Positions 10,272 to 20,298 of a stretch of DNA of 64,000 bases are shown piece after piece. The stretch spans positions 1-64,000 of the IMG/VR virus record IMGVR_UViG_3300020442_000008, one strand, 5' to 3'. Each line of letters opens with the position of its first letter. The stretch's first letter is position 1. The position numbers were made by a program, and so were the translations under genes. The stretch comes from a virus. Below the pieces are notes generated by a model, which saw nothing but the letters and a program-made list of their open reading frames with translations, was not told where the DNA came from and searched no databases.

Positions 10272-13200
10272 ATGCCAAACAAAACAATTAGAAATTTAAA
10301 CAATGCATCGCAATTAAACGGTGGAGACTTTTTGGTTATCGCTCAAACTGACGGAACAACAAAGAAAATTGCGATGTCTGATTTCACAGCGCAATCAAAA
10401 CTAGTAACAGACGTAGATGGCAGGTCGGTTTCAACAAATCGATTCAAGATTGCAGTAGGACACGATAGTCACATCAAAGGTTTAGACGGAGTAGAAAGAA
10501 GCGCAAGTAACTCTTGGAAAGATAAAGCATTCATGGTTGTTCAGCCGCAGGCAGGACAAGATGAAGAATCAGTAAGGCAAACAGACTTTTGCTATTTCTG
10601 CGCAGTACAACAACCCTCAACCTGTCTGATGCTTAATAGACCTTTTATTAGTTTAGATGAGGCGCTAGTTTGGTGTAGATATAATATTCCAGCGGGAGCA
10701 GAACTGCAGATTGAATTCTGGGGACACACAACAGCTTACCATGGTGCAGATAGCTTAGGGCAATTCAATCTCAATTTGACTCAAGAGTTAAACTTTGCAA
10801 CTTTAGTTTTCGTACCAAAAATGAGGTGGGTTGGAAAATATAATGACTCCACAGGCTTTTGGGATCCAGGTCCATATTTAGGAAGATGGATTCCTGATTT
10901 GAATTTTGGAAACTTTGGATACAATTATCTTGGTTCCAACAACAGCTCTCACCATGTTAATTATAAAACAAGGGGCGGAGATGGATCTGGAATGGTATTA
11001 AATAGTACAGGAACCGCAAGAAAACACAAAAGTCATCTTACGGGTACAACAAAAAATTCATGGAATTGGGATTATGGTCAGCAGCCAGGCTTTTCTGTTG
11101 CCACAACGATGGGGACAGCCTTTAATAATATTACAACACACGTTCCCGAAGACATATCGGTTCATCTCGGAGGAGGTTCTCCGATCAGATTTTGGTTCAG
11201 AAGAGTTCAGACTATGTATATAGTAGGAATTAATTGGTGCGATTATGCCCTCGGAAACCAAGCTAATGATCAGACATTTTTTAGAATTTCAAATTGCCTA
11301 CTCACGGTTTTAGGCGAACCAACATCAAACGTCGAAGCATCAAGGCATATCTTCGCAAACCAAAGGGGTCCAGCATTTTATAGCAAGCATCGAAGCTCTA
11401 ATATATTTGAATGCACGGAAGGAGCAAAGATTTATATCATGTCCAACCTGAGACAATATAGCGTTGGAGCAACAGAATCTTTTTGGGACAAACTTCATTC
11501 ACTTCGAGCTGACATGGTTGCAGCAGGAGCAAACATCCCTAGTAATTTAGGAGCAACCAATTACTGGGATTGGCTTCCGTATCCAAGGCAAGCGCTAACT
11601 CTTTGCAAGGTGGGAATTTCATCAACAGGAATCAATGTTCCATCTTATGTTATATTTGACCCACTTCAACATGGCTGGAGAAGATACATGGGAACCCTGT
11701 GTGCAGACAATGGTGATTTAAAATTTTCAAATGGCGATAAAATGATAGGATATTCTTTGAGTAATAATTTTGAGATCAAAGGTTCTAGCGGCACCGGACA
11801 AATATCAGGCAACGGAGAATCCAATACTATTCCTCAAGGAGCAAATTTAATTAATTACGATGCGCCAGATGATAATACTGTAGGATTTTTTACTCTTCCT
11901 GCTGTTGACTGGGGAGAGTCTCATAATTCTGATGGAAGATTACTGCCCGATGCAGGACCAAATGGTTGGCTATTAAATAATAACGAATCAACAGGGATGC
12001 ATGCGGGTAGCGGCTCGTGGCCAGTTCCAAGGTCTTATAAATCTTGGGGTTACACGGGTGCAACAGGCTGGACCAGTAGTTATAATTACTTTTACGGTAA
12101 GATTACCCCGTCAGATGGTAGTTTTCTTTGGGATAATCGATGGGGAACAAATCATGCGCCGACCACGACTTGGAATATAGCGAGCATAAATGATAATGGA
12201 TACTTTGTTTCTTCAACACCTGGAGCAATCTATGGACCAAACCAGGGAACCAACGGAGATCAGGTTTACTCGATGAGAGGTTATAGGCATTTTGCTGCGG
12301 GCCTACAGAATATATTCAGAGATGACGCTCCAAGTAATCATAATCCAGCACACCCAGATAATCTTAAATATTTAAACACAAAAGGCGGAACAAGTTTTCA
12401 CCAAATGTTCTTCACAGATTGGAATGCGAGAATCGGTAATGCAATTTTATTCTCTCCAGATGCTGCGTATAATTTTAGCACAGACAACGGAGCAATAGCT
12501 CTTAAAAAATATTTTAATTTAGCAAGTTATTATGGATGGACAGACTGGCTCTTCGGAGATTTTACAGGACTGGCTGCACAAACAAGTCACCTTGAAACTA
12601 ATACTGGCCACATGATGTCTTTTTATTTACCAAACAGAAACAAAACTGGTGGGCTTCCAAATGTCAATTTCTATGATTCAGATGGAAACTCTGTAAGTGA
12701 ACCTACAAATGTTAATAATACCGGCAGAGACTTGACCGCAGATCGTTTATCAGAGGCTTATGGAGCTATACCCTTGCCACTTGGCAAAGATGTTTATTGG
12801 ACTACTCAAACGAACGGCGCCTCACAAAGTTGGGCTAATTTTTGGTATGAACCTCAGGCCTTTTTTAGGTACAGAGGTGGCTACGGAACGCATTTAACAG
12901 AACAGTTTGTTACAGAGACCCCAATAGGTTCGTCAATTACTATTGGCGGAGGAAACAAAGAAGAGAATTCTATATGGCCAGGAGCGCAAAAACAAATGGT
13001 TACTACAGCAAAAGCCATAGGAAACAATAGATTGGTTCTTCATCCACTTACTAGTGCAGTTCAAGCTCACAGCGGTTGGTTTAGGGAGTGGGGCTGGTTC
13101 GATGAAAACAACTCAGAAAGAGACGGAGATTTACCAAATATTGCGGGAGACGTAGGATTCGGAGATCAACGCGTTCGCATGTCGCAGGTAGTCTTTAGTT

Positions 13201-13412
13201 TAGAAGCTTACCGAGAAATGCACACTCCACCATGGAGCGCAGGAGTAGATAGTTCAACAGGTTTAAGAAATTATCCATCCGAAGCAACCATGGACAACGG
13301 TTGGGCGAATAAGAATTTCTATATTAACGGAAGCCATCCTAATGCGGGTAAATATGCTTTTGGTGGGGGAGAAGGTGGAGGAATGAACTTTATGCCAGCA
13401 TGGCCTACCTAA
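10272..13412 (+). CDS. Putative tail fibre / receptor-binding protein
   Basis: 1046 aa, Gly/Asn/Trp-rich. N-terminus (KTIRNLNNASQLNGGDFLVIAQ..TKKI) parallels that of 4600..6576. Followed by a tail assembly chaperone. Confidence 0.65.
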   Translation: MPNKTIRNLNNASQLNGGDFLVIAQTDGTTKKIAMSDFTAQSKLVTDVDGRSVSTNRFKIAVGHDSHIKGLDGVERSASNSWKDKAFMVVQPQAGQDEESVRQTDFCYFCAVQQPSTCLMLNRPFISLDEALVWCRYNIPAGAELQIEFWGHTTAYHGADSLGQFNLNLTQELNFATLVFVPKMRWVGKYNDSTGFWDPGPYLGRWIPDLNFGNFGYNYLGSNNSSHHVNYKTRGGDGSGMVLNSTGTARKHKSHLTGTTKNSWNWDYGQQPGFSVATTMGTAFNNITTHVPEDISVHLGGGSPIRFWFRRVQTMYIVGINWCDYALGNQANDQTFFRISNCLLTVLGEPTSNVEASRHIFANQRGPAFYSKHRSSNIFECTEGAKIYIMSNLRQYSVGATESFWDKLHSLRADMVAAGANIPSNLGATNYWDWLPYPRQALTLCKVGISSTGINVPSYVIFDPLQHGWRRYMGTLCADNGDLKFSNGDKMIGYSLSNNFEIKGSSGTGQISGNGESNTIPQGANLINYDAPDDNTVGFFTLPAVDWGESHNSDGRLLPDAGPNGWLLNNNESTGMHAGSGSWPVPRSYKSWGYTGATGWTSSYNYFYGKITPSDGSFLWDNRWGTNHAPTTTWNIASINDNGYFVSSTPGAIYGPNQGTNGDQVYSMRGYRHFAAGLQNIFRDDAPSNHNPAHPDNLKYLNTKGGTSFHQMFFTDWNARIGNAILFSPDAAYNFSTDNGAIALKKYFNLASYYGWTDWLFGDFTGLAAQTSHLETNTGHMMSFYLPNRNKTGGLPNVNFYDSDGNSVSEPTNVNNTGRDLTADRLSEAYGAIPLPLGKDVYWTTQTNGASQSWANFWYEPQAFFRYRGGYGTHLTEQFVTETPIGSSITIGGGNKEENSIWPGAQKQMVTTAKAIGNNRLVLHPLTSAVQAHSGWFREWGWFDENNSERDGDLPNIAGDVGFGDQRVRMSQVVFSLEAYREMHTPPWSAGVDSSTGLRNYPSEATMDNGWANKNFYINGSHPNAGKYAFGGGEGGGMNFMPAWPT

Positions 13413-13436
13413 TGATTCTTACATGGAGCTAAAATT

Positions 13437-14324
13437 ATGGATAAATATACATTAACTGACGAAGAAAAAATTCAACTACTTAAAGTAGCGGGTGCGAACT
13501 ATGATACAGCCGAAGACAGCGGCTTGGTTTCAGATTATGATGTCGCCAACGAAACGGATCTTTTTAAAATGAATGAGGAGGCTTTTAATTTGAAAGACGA
13601 GCTAGATTTTCAAGAAGAAGAACCCCTTCCATCAGACCCAGAATATCAAGAATTTCACGAAAAAAGAACAGAAAACATAAAGAAAAAAGACCTCAGGGCC
13701 AGAGAAAACAATACAAGAACACAAAGAAATCTTTTATTAAAAAGAACAGATTGGCTTGTGCAAAACGACAGCCCATTAAATAAAGAGGACCTTGATTCAA
13801 TTAAAAAATGGAGACAAGAACTCAGAGATGCGCCAGATAACTCGAATTGGCCAAAAGATTTACCACATGTACCAGATATCAAAGAAGCAATGAAAGCTTT
13901 TTCGGAGGCATTTGGATTGCAGACCGTACAACAGACTGAGACTGACTCCATTAAACCTGCGACGGAAGAAGAAATGAAAGCTCTGGCACTAGAAAAAGAC
14001 GCAAGCTTGATCACACAATACGAAGAAGGCCAAGAAAAACTAAAACAAATTCGAGAGGCCAGCGCAGAAGAGCAAAAAGAAAAAGGACTTTTAGAATTAA
14101 ATAAAAACAAACAAAAACAACCCATATTTAATAATGAGGTTAAAGAAGAATCAGAAGATAAAACTTTTATTAAAAACGCAGAAGGAGTATGGGTTCATAA
14201 AAATGAATTAGACACCAATATCCCCAAAAGGGCGAGAGACGCAAACGGAAAATTTATTTCAGATGACCCAGACACTCCAGATTATAATGAAGCCTGGGAG
14301 GGTGGAAAAGCTCCAGAAAAATAA
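13437..14324 (+). CDS. Phage tail (fibre) assembly chaperone-domain protein
   Basis: RTQRNLLLKRTDW...DSPL...WRQELRDAP...WP motif. C-terminal RARDANGKFISDDPDTP.YNEAW is a common phage motif. Confidence 0.75.
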   Translation: MDKYTLTDEEKIQLLKVAGANYDTAEDSGLVSDYDVANETDLFKMNEEAFNLKDELDFQEEEPLPSDPEYQEFHEKRTENIKKKDLRARENNTRTQRNLLLKRTDWLVQNDSPLNKEDLDSIKKWRQELRDAPDNSNWPKDLPHVPDIKEAMKAFSEAFGLQTVQQTETDSIKPATEEEMKALALEKDASLITQYEEGQEKLKQIREASAEEQKEKGLLELNKNKQKQPIFNNEVKEESEDKTFIKNAEGVWVHKNELDTNIPKRARDANGKFISDDPDTPDYNEAWEGGKAPEK

Positions 14325-14326
14325 AC

Positions 14327-14355
14327 TTGACAAAACTCTGCTTATATAGTAGAGT
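14327..14355 (+). promoter_or_regulatory. sigma70-type promoter, leaderless
   Basis: TTGACA-17-TAGAGT-6-ATG(14362). Confidence 0.7.
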
Positions 14356-14361
14356 TAAAAT

Positions 14362-14901
14362 ATGTCAGATTTATTATACAGAACAAAAACTTATCTCGTC
14401 GGCCACATGCAATACCTCTCTGGGAGAAACTGGAGAGAAGAAGTGACCGAAAAATTGAAACCTCTAAATGTAACCTGTTTCGATCCATACAAAAAGCCTT
14501 TCATGAAAGACGTTGAAGAAGACGAAGCGTCTAGGCAAGAAATGGAGACTTGGATGAAGACCAAGCAATACGATAGAGTTACAGATAGAATGAAAACCGT
14601 AAGGGCTTACGACTTAAATTTGGTAGATAGATCTGATTTTATCATTGCGCATCTTGTTCCAGATGTTGCGTCTTGGGGATCTGCGGAAGAGATCGTGACT
14701 GCAGTTAGAATGAAGAAGCCGGTCTTTGTAAGTATGGAAGGTGGAAAATCTAAAACTCCACTATGGATGCTAGGAATGTTTCCTCACAAATATATTTATA
14801 ATAACCTTGACGAAATCATAGAAATGTTGTATGCTATTAATAATGGAAACAAAGAAATTGATTCAGATAGGTGGAGACTACTTCGAAAGGAATTTAGATG
14901 A
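14362..14901 (+). CDS. Nucleoside 2-deoxyribosyltransferase-like / nucleotide hydrolase
   Basis: TYLVGHM...WRE...FDPY...DLNLVDRSDFIIA...SWGSAEE...KKPV pattern of the NDT fold. Confidence 0.7.
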   Translation: MSDLLYRTKTYLVGHMQYLSGRNWREEVTEKLKPLNVTCFDPYKKPFMKDVEEDEASRQEMETWMKTKQYDRVTDRMKTVRAYDLNLVDRSDFIIAHLVPDVASWGSAEEIVTAVRMKKPVFVSMEGGKSKTPLWMLGMFPHKYIYNNLDEIIEMLYAINNGNKEIDSDRWRLLRKEFR

Positions 14902-15056
14902 TTGAAATTTTAGCAACGTCACCAGACACTTCCTATCTATGCTTCTTTCAAGGAGACTGGATAGTATTTGGTGTTCTAGGTGGAATAATTTGGGCATTCA
15001 AAGACAACTGTAACTTTGGAGGCTCACAAGCAGATGATGATGAGCATTACTATTGA
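14898..15056 (+). CDS. Small membrane protein (52 aa, not in the ORF track)
   Basis: ATGA overlap with the upstream stop. MIEILATSPDTSYLCFFQGDWIVFGVLGGIIWAFKDNC... has one hydrophobic helix. Confidence 0.5.
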   Translation: MIEILATSPDTSYLCFFQGDWIVFGVLGGIIWAFKDNCNFGGSQADDDEHYY

Positions 15057-15987
15057 TTGTCATAAAATCGAAAAACAAGAAGCACCAAAAACCCTTGAAG
15101 ACTTTATACCTTTAAGGGATCGTGCAAGAATTTTCTACAATGGAATAACAAACCCTTATGCCAGAAAATTAAATTTCGACACAATAAAAGATTTAATACC
15201 CGACCAAGAGATAGAATTAAACCCTTCCCTAGAAGACGAAGATCTTATTATCGAGACAACACTACATAAGTATGTAGACTATTGCTTGCAAAAAATAAAT
15301 TTAGAAGCAAATTATTATTATAATTCCACAGGAGTAGCAGGGGTAAAAACTTACACAGATGAACCGATTTATATGATTTCTAAAAACGTATGTCATGATG
15401 AAAATTTAAAAAAATTTGTATCCTGCCCAGAATATCTAGGAGACTGGTTTGATAAATACATGCCAAATTACAGAGATTTAGTTGTATATGGCAAGCGGCA
15501 TACTTGGTTTTTTATCGGCCCCAAAAATACAAAAAGCGAAATGCATACAGACCATGATAACATACACACAACAATCCAGCAGCTTGATGGAGTAAAAAGG
15601 TTTTTTCTTTTAAGCCCCGAGGATATGTCGTTTATCGAAAACGAATGTCCGCCTGATTTTTTTTCCACGATAGAGTTTAAATTAGAATCAGAAAATCGCT
15701 GTCAGGTTTCAGACTTTTCGGGAGAAAGGGACTTGGAAGCTTTAAAGCACCTAAACCTGCTTTATGGAGATCTCTTTAAAGGTGATTTAGTTTACCTCCC
15801 AGGAAACTGGGGGCATTATGCTAACAGTTTAGAAGCGAGCCTTAGTGTGAGTAGGGATTTCATAGACGAAAGAAACGTTGATGGATATTTCTCTTCCATT
15901 ATGTTAAGTGGAGACGTTGAAAGATTATACCAAACAATAAGTGATGAAGAATCAACAAGAATATACAATGAAGTGTTTAAAATATAA
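15034..15987 (+). CDS. JmjC / cupin-like 2OG-Fe(II) hydroxylase
   Basis: WFFIGPKNTKSEMHTD (HxD), QLDGVKRFFL, GDLVYLPGNWGH (distal His). Confidence 0.85.
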   Translation: MMMSITIDCHKIEKQEAPKTLEDFIPLRDRARIFYNGITNPYARKLNFDTIKDLIPDQEIELNPSLEDEDLIIETTLHKYVDYCLQKINLEANYYYNSTGVAGVKTYTDEPIYMISKNVCHDENLKKFVSCPEYLGDWFDKYMPNYRDLVVYGKRHTWFFIGPKNTKSEMHTDHDNIHTTIQQLDGVKRFFLLSPEDMSFIENECPPDFFSTIEFKLESENRCQVSDFSGERDLEALKHLNLLYGDLFKGDLVYLPGNWGHYANSLEASLSVSRDFIDERNVDGYFSSIMLSGDVERLYQTISDEESTRIYNEVFKI

Positions 15988-16942
15988 AGACGTTTGTTTA
16001 ATACCAAACTACACAGACTGCCATAGCAGATCAGATCTAGACCCATCGGTCAAACTTTTTGGTAAAGATTTCCTACTACCAATCATTCCTGCGAATATGA
16101 AATCTGTAATAGATATGAATACATGCGAATGGATGAGCGCGCATAACTTTTTTTATATTATGCATCGCTTTGACCGTGATTTACCTGAGGACGTTGCCAA
16201 CGCCCAAGATTGGGAGACTATTTCATTTAGTATAGGAATCAAGGCTAAAGATAAGATGGCTGTCCAAAAAATTAGCAAACGAGATCATAGAGTAGACTAC
16301 TTAACAATCGATATTGCTCATGGCCATTGCAATCGAATGAAGGCCATGATCAAGTGGATTAAGAAATACCTTCCAGATGCAAAAATTATTGCAGGAAACG
16401 TTGCAACACCGCAGGCGGTAAGAGATTTAGCTTCTTGGGGTGCGGATATTGTAAAAGTTGGAATAGGTCAGGGTTCGCCTTGTACGACTAAAGATAAAAC
16501 AGGTTTTACGATGCCAATGTTTTCTTGTGTTAAAGAGTGTTCAGGGCAGTATGTTAATTTTGAATGCGAACCTTGGCCCGAGAAAGAAATTCCTATAATT
16601 GCAGACGGAGGTATAGAATGCAATGGGGACATCGCAAAAGCTTTGGTTGCGGGGGCGAAAATGGTAATGGCAGGAGGTATGTTTGCCTCTTGTAGCGATA
16701 GCCCTGCGGCGTGTAGTACGGTCAACAACCTACAATATAAAGCTTATTTTGGTTCAGCCAGTGCAGAAAATAAGGGTCACAATAACAACATTGAAGGAAA
16801 ATTAACAAACATTCCTTGCAACAACATGACTACCAGCGAAAAACTTGCAGAGATTAAACAAGATCTACAAAGTTCAATTTCCTATGCAGGAGGTAAAGAT
16901 TTAGACTGTTTCAAGAAAGTCGGCTATGAGGTCATTAATTAA
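15968..16942 (+). CDS. guaC: GMP reductase
   Basis: PIIPANM, TIDIAHGH, IAGNVAT, VKVGIGQGSPCTT, IIADGGI, DLQSSISYAGG. Confidence 0.92.
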   Translation: MKCLKYKDVCLIPNYTDCHSRSDLDPSVKLFGKDFLLPIIPANMKSVIDMNTCEWMSAHNFFYIMHRFDRDLPEDVANAQDWETISFSIGIKAKDKMAVQKISKRDHRVDYLTIDIAHGHCNRMKAMIKWIKKYLPDAKIIAGNVATPQAVRDLASWGADIVKVGIGQGSPCTTKDKTGFTMPMFSCVKECSGQYVNFECEPWPEKEIPIIADGGIECNGDIAKALVAGAKMVMAGGMFASCSDSPAACSTVNNLQYKAYFGSASAENKGHNNNIEGKLTNIPCNNMTTSEKLAEIKQDLQSSISYAGGKDLDCFKKVGYEVIN

Positions 16943-17429
16943 TGGAATTAATTATAGAAATGCAACACTAGACGATGCAGAATTAATTAAAGGCTTGGTA
17001 CTATCAGCCTTTAAAAACAACGAGGGTTTATTTTTACCATTAGAACCGACAGAGCATAATGCTATGGTTTTTTATATGCTAGAAATAAGGCCTGCGATCA
17101 TTAACAAAGACCCTTGTCTACTAGCGTTCGACACAGATAAGGCTGTGGCGATTGCATGCTGCTCAACCGGCATCAACACGGCATACAACCTCAAAAAGAA
17201 AACGGCGCTAGGAATACTAACTACAACAATAACCTCCCACAGAAGAAAGGGTATAGCAAATGCGTTAAGAAAAATTATGATGCAAGACCTAAAAGAAAAA
17301 GGCATAACATCCGTACTCTCAGATATTTCGATAACAAATTTAGCCTCAGAAAAGGGCTGTAAAAAAATAACTGAACAGGAGAATTTATCTTTTAAAGAAA
17401 TTTCTATAAGATATGAGTGTGAAATATAA
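16926..17429 (+). CDS. GNAT family acetyltransferase
   Basis: YRNATLDDA start, acetyl-CoA motif HRRKGIANAL, NLASEK. Confidence 0.75.
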   Translation: MRSLINGINYRNATLDDAELIKGLVLSAFKNNEGLFLPLEPTEHNAMVFYMLEIRPAIINKDPCLLAFDTDKAVAIACCSTGINTAYNLKKKTALGILTTTITSHRRKGIANALRKIMMQDLKEKGITSVLSDISITNLASEKGCKKITEQENLSFKEISIRYECEI

Positions 17430-18039
17430 TTTTTTTGAGTTCATTTTAGAAGAAACAGCAAAAGACTCTCTGAATATAGAGAAAGATCGCTGCATGGAAC
17501 TCGTTAATGCTATTGCAATTAATTTCGTAGAATTTCCTAAAGAATTAGAACCTCCTAGTTCTGCCGTGATTGCCTTATCAGCGAACGCAGGAGCGTCACT
17601 ACCTAATTCTCTTGCTTGTGGGTTAAACTGTATATCTGATAGGCATTTACTACTGGAAACTATTTGTGACTTCATAGAAGAAAATTATCAAAAAGATTTA
17701 ACCTTTGAATACCTAAACAACAGAATCATTCCAGGGATCGGACATCCATCAATCAAGGGTAGCGACCCTAGGGTTGAACATCTTCTCTCAGAATTTAAAG
17801 ACGTGCAAGGAGAGCGGGTGGGCTTTTATCTAAAAGCGGAGAGCAAACTCAACCCCTTAAAAATCAATATCGGGGGAGCAATGTGCGCGCTAATGCTTGA
17901 CGCAGGACTAAACAAAGATTATATACAATTCTTCCCACTAATGGGAAGGTTATTTGGTTGGTGCAAGACCTATAAAAAAATACAAGAGAATTTTCCAAAG
18001 GTTAGGCCTTCTAATTTAATTATCAATGAAAGTAACTGA
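17413..18039 (+). CDS. Citryl-CoA lyase / citrate synthase-fold protein (divergent)
   Basis: EPPSS..IALSANAG...ACGL, IPGIGHP...DPRV, INIGGAMCALMLDAG, GRLFGW. Confidence 0.7.
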   Translation: MSVKYNFFEFILEETAKDSLNIEKDRCMELVNAIAINFVEFPKELEPPSSAVIALSANAGASLPNSLACGLNCISDRHLLLETICDFIEENYQKDLTFEYLNNRIIPGIGHPSIKGSDPRVEHLLSEFKDVQGERVGFYLKAESKLNPLKINIGGAMCALMLDAGLNKDYIQFFPLMGRLFGWCKTYKKIQENFPKVRPSNLIINESN

Positions 18040-18502
18040 CGACTATTTAGAAGAAGATTTATGCAAAGAAATTTATTGCGCATTATTAAATCAATTTAAA
18101 TTAAAAGACTACAGATCTGTATGTATATATGACAGCGACAAAGATATGAATGATTCATTTGGTTTAAAAAATATATTAAACAAAATTAGTTTTTTAAAAA
18201 ATGGGTCAAGATTAATTATAAATTCATTTCAAAAAAACTGCAGATGCCTAGGCCCAAGTCAAAGCCCTCGGTATACAAATTTTTTTTATATGTTATGCCC
18301 TAAAGCTTTAACAGGCGGAGCTTTATGTAAAATGAAAAACTACTGGGAGCCAGGGGACGTAGAATTTGACTTCGACAAAGTTGATTTTAAAAACAATAGG
18401 TTTATAGAGTTTGATACCTATGATCAAATTTTTATGGAGCAAATATATGAGTGCGAGACCCCTGTGGTTTATTTTTCAGAAGTAAAAGATGAAGATGAAT
18501 AA
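18026..18502 (+). CDS. Possible divergent 2OG-Fe(II) oxygenase-like protein
   Basis: V.DDYL.EDLC start, GGAL, VDFKNNRFIEFD resemble phage 2OG oxygenases. Metal ligands are not clear. Confidence 0.35.
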   Translation: MKVTDDYLEEDLCKEIYCALLNQFKLKDYRSVCIYDSDKDMNDSFGLKNILNKISFLKNGSRLIINSFQKNCRCLGPSQSPRYTNFFYMLCPKALTGGALCKMKNYWEPGDVEFDFDKVDFKNNRFIEFDTYDQIFMEQIYECETPVVYFSEVKDEDE

Positions 18503-19145
18503 AATACTATCCATAGATATTGATTACTGTAAGTCCACCAGAGACTTTCAAGAAGTGTTTGAAATTTTCTGCAGAAACCTATTCACAGTAGATAGTGATA
18601 AAATTTTATTTTCAGATTACCATGTAGATATTATAGATTTAATTAAAAACACGCAAGGTGCATTAGACATAGTTAACATTGATGACCACCACGATATTTT
18701 TTATGATCACTCACAGATACCTGTCTGCAGAAACGGCGTAGCAGACTCTTCTTGCTGGGTAGGTTGGCTTTGTATGCATGCAGAGGTCAAGAGCTATAGA
18801 TGGGTGAGCCAAGACTTTTCTGAGGCTTTTTCGAGCGAGCTAATAGATAGTTTTGAAAATCTGTATGAAAAAAATTCTATGTATGACATAGTAGACTCAA
18901 GGAATATTTTATTTAGCAACAAAAAAGCGGTAACAGAAAGAATGAGTAGCAGTTATATAAAATACAAACCATCAATCACCAGGGATATACATATTGATAA
19001 AGAAATTTTTGACATGGACTTCGATTATATTTTTGTTTGCAAGTCCCCAGAGTATACCCCAAAAGAAAATTATTTTATGTATAATTTATTAAAATCAGCA
19101 TATATTGAATATGCGAAAAAACCCAAGAACGAAAAAAAAATTTGA
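18489..19145 (+). CDS. UPF0489/arginase-like metal-binding protein
   Basis: ILSIDIDY, IVNIDDHHDIFY, FVCKSPEYTP motifs. Confidence 0.6.
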   Translation: MKMNKILSIDIDYCKSTRDFQEVFEIFCRNLFTVDSDKILFSDYHVDIIDLIKNTQGALDIVNIDDHHDIFYDHSQIPVCRNGVADSSCWVGWLCMHAEVKSYRWVSQDFSEAFSSELIDSFENLYEKNSMYDIVDSRNILFSNKKAVTERMSSSYIKYKPSITRDIHIDKEIFDMDFDYIFVCKSPEYTPKENYFMYNLLKSAYIEYAKKPKNEKKI

Positions 19146-19926
19146 AAACAAAATGAGCAGTAGTGGACTATATACGCGCGGGATCAAGGATTACATAGCA
19201 AGCGAAGAATTTCAACAGTTTGGGTATTTCTCGAATCAGCTTAAGATCTGCCATAGAACTCTAGACGGCATAGGAATAAATTATTCAAGAAAACAATTAG
19301 ACAGCGTCAAGGGCTATATCAAGGTATTAGAGTCTATGCCGAATTTTTCTAATGATTTCCTAGAATGGGTGGGGAGCGCAAAAGACGATTTTTTAAGATT
19401 ATGCGAAAATCGCTGTTCTACGCTTACAGACAGATCGGACGGCCTATCAGGTATTAATATATCACTAAAGTATAATATTAATAAAAAAACCTACGATAAA
19501 TCATTCTATATCAAAACAAAAACCAATAAGGTGCAAGTGCTAAATTTATCACAAGATGGATCATTGCAAAAATACAATTATAGCTATATATCTAATAAAA
19601 CTTTAATTTTTGCTTTAAAATATCTTTTTTTTATGAAATATCCATTGAATCAAGATTGCATAGAGCTATCCTTTAGAAAACATGGCTTAAACGCAACTTT
19701 GTACCCAAAATTTAAAAACCCAAAATCTAGAGATCGGATAGGCTGCGAAAATCACTTTAACAACATAAAACACAAGGATTGGGAGATAGAGGATGAAATT
19801 CTAGTGCAGATTTCAAATTTAAAACGCAAACTAACACCAATAACCAGAGGTTATACGTCTTTTGATAGATTTAGAAAGATTTACTTTGGGTTATTCTCGA
19901 AAAAACTATCATCCTTTGATATTTAA
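19105..19926 (+). CDS. Hypothetical protein
   Basis: 273-aa ORF at the end of an overlapping operon. The true start may be 19153. Confidence 0.6.
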   Translation: MNMRKNPRTKKKFENKMSSSGLYTRGIKDYIASEEFQQFGYFSNQLKICHRTLDGIGINYSRKQLDSVKGYIKVLESMPNFSNDFLEWVGSAKDDFLRLCENRCSTLTDRSDGLSGINISLKYNINKKTYDKSFYIKTKTNKVQVLNLSQDGSLQKYNYSYISNKTLIFALKYLFFMKYPLNQDCIELSFRKHGLNATLYPKFKNPKSRDRIGCENHFNNIKHKDWEIEDEILVQISNLKRKLTPITRGYTSFDRFRKIYFGLFSKKLSSFDI

Positions 19927-20234
19927 TTTATTTTGGATATAATTTTGTTAAAATTGTGATAACCAATCCTGCGGATATTTAAATCTCCAGGGACATCATG
20001 AATTTCCCTTAATCTTATGGAAAAACCTGATTCTGCATCATAATCAACAATATCTTCAACAAAGTCAAAAGCTCCGTGCTGCTTAAGCCAAGACCAATAT
20101 AGGTCCTTCGTCAATGGAGAACATTCTAACAAAACTTCTCGATCCCTAAAAACACGGGCAAAAAGTGTGATATCCCTAAAAAGAGTAATACTTGAGGGCG
20201 GCTCGCTCAACAAAGAGTCGATTAATAACAACAT
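19923..20234 (-). CDS. Hypothetical protein
   Basis: 103-aa ORF preceded by the GTGTA-N9-ATG motif. Confidence 0.65.
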   Translation of the reverse strand: MLLLIDSLLSEPPSSITLFRDITLFARVFRDREVLLECSPLTKDLYWSWLKQHGAFDFVEDIVDYDAESGFSIRLREIHDVPGDLNIRRIGYHNFNKIISKIN

Positions 20235-20298
20235 ATTTCATATTACACAAAAATAACTCTTGACTTTTGATTAAAAATAATGTACTATTAAATACATA

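Noticed and set aside
19105-19926. Faint resemblance to ABBA/cyanobactin prenyltransferases
   Set aside because: Only scattered residues (GINY, KIYF); not supportable without a profile search.
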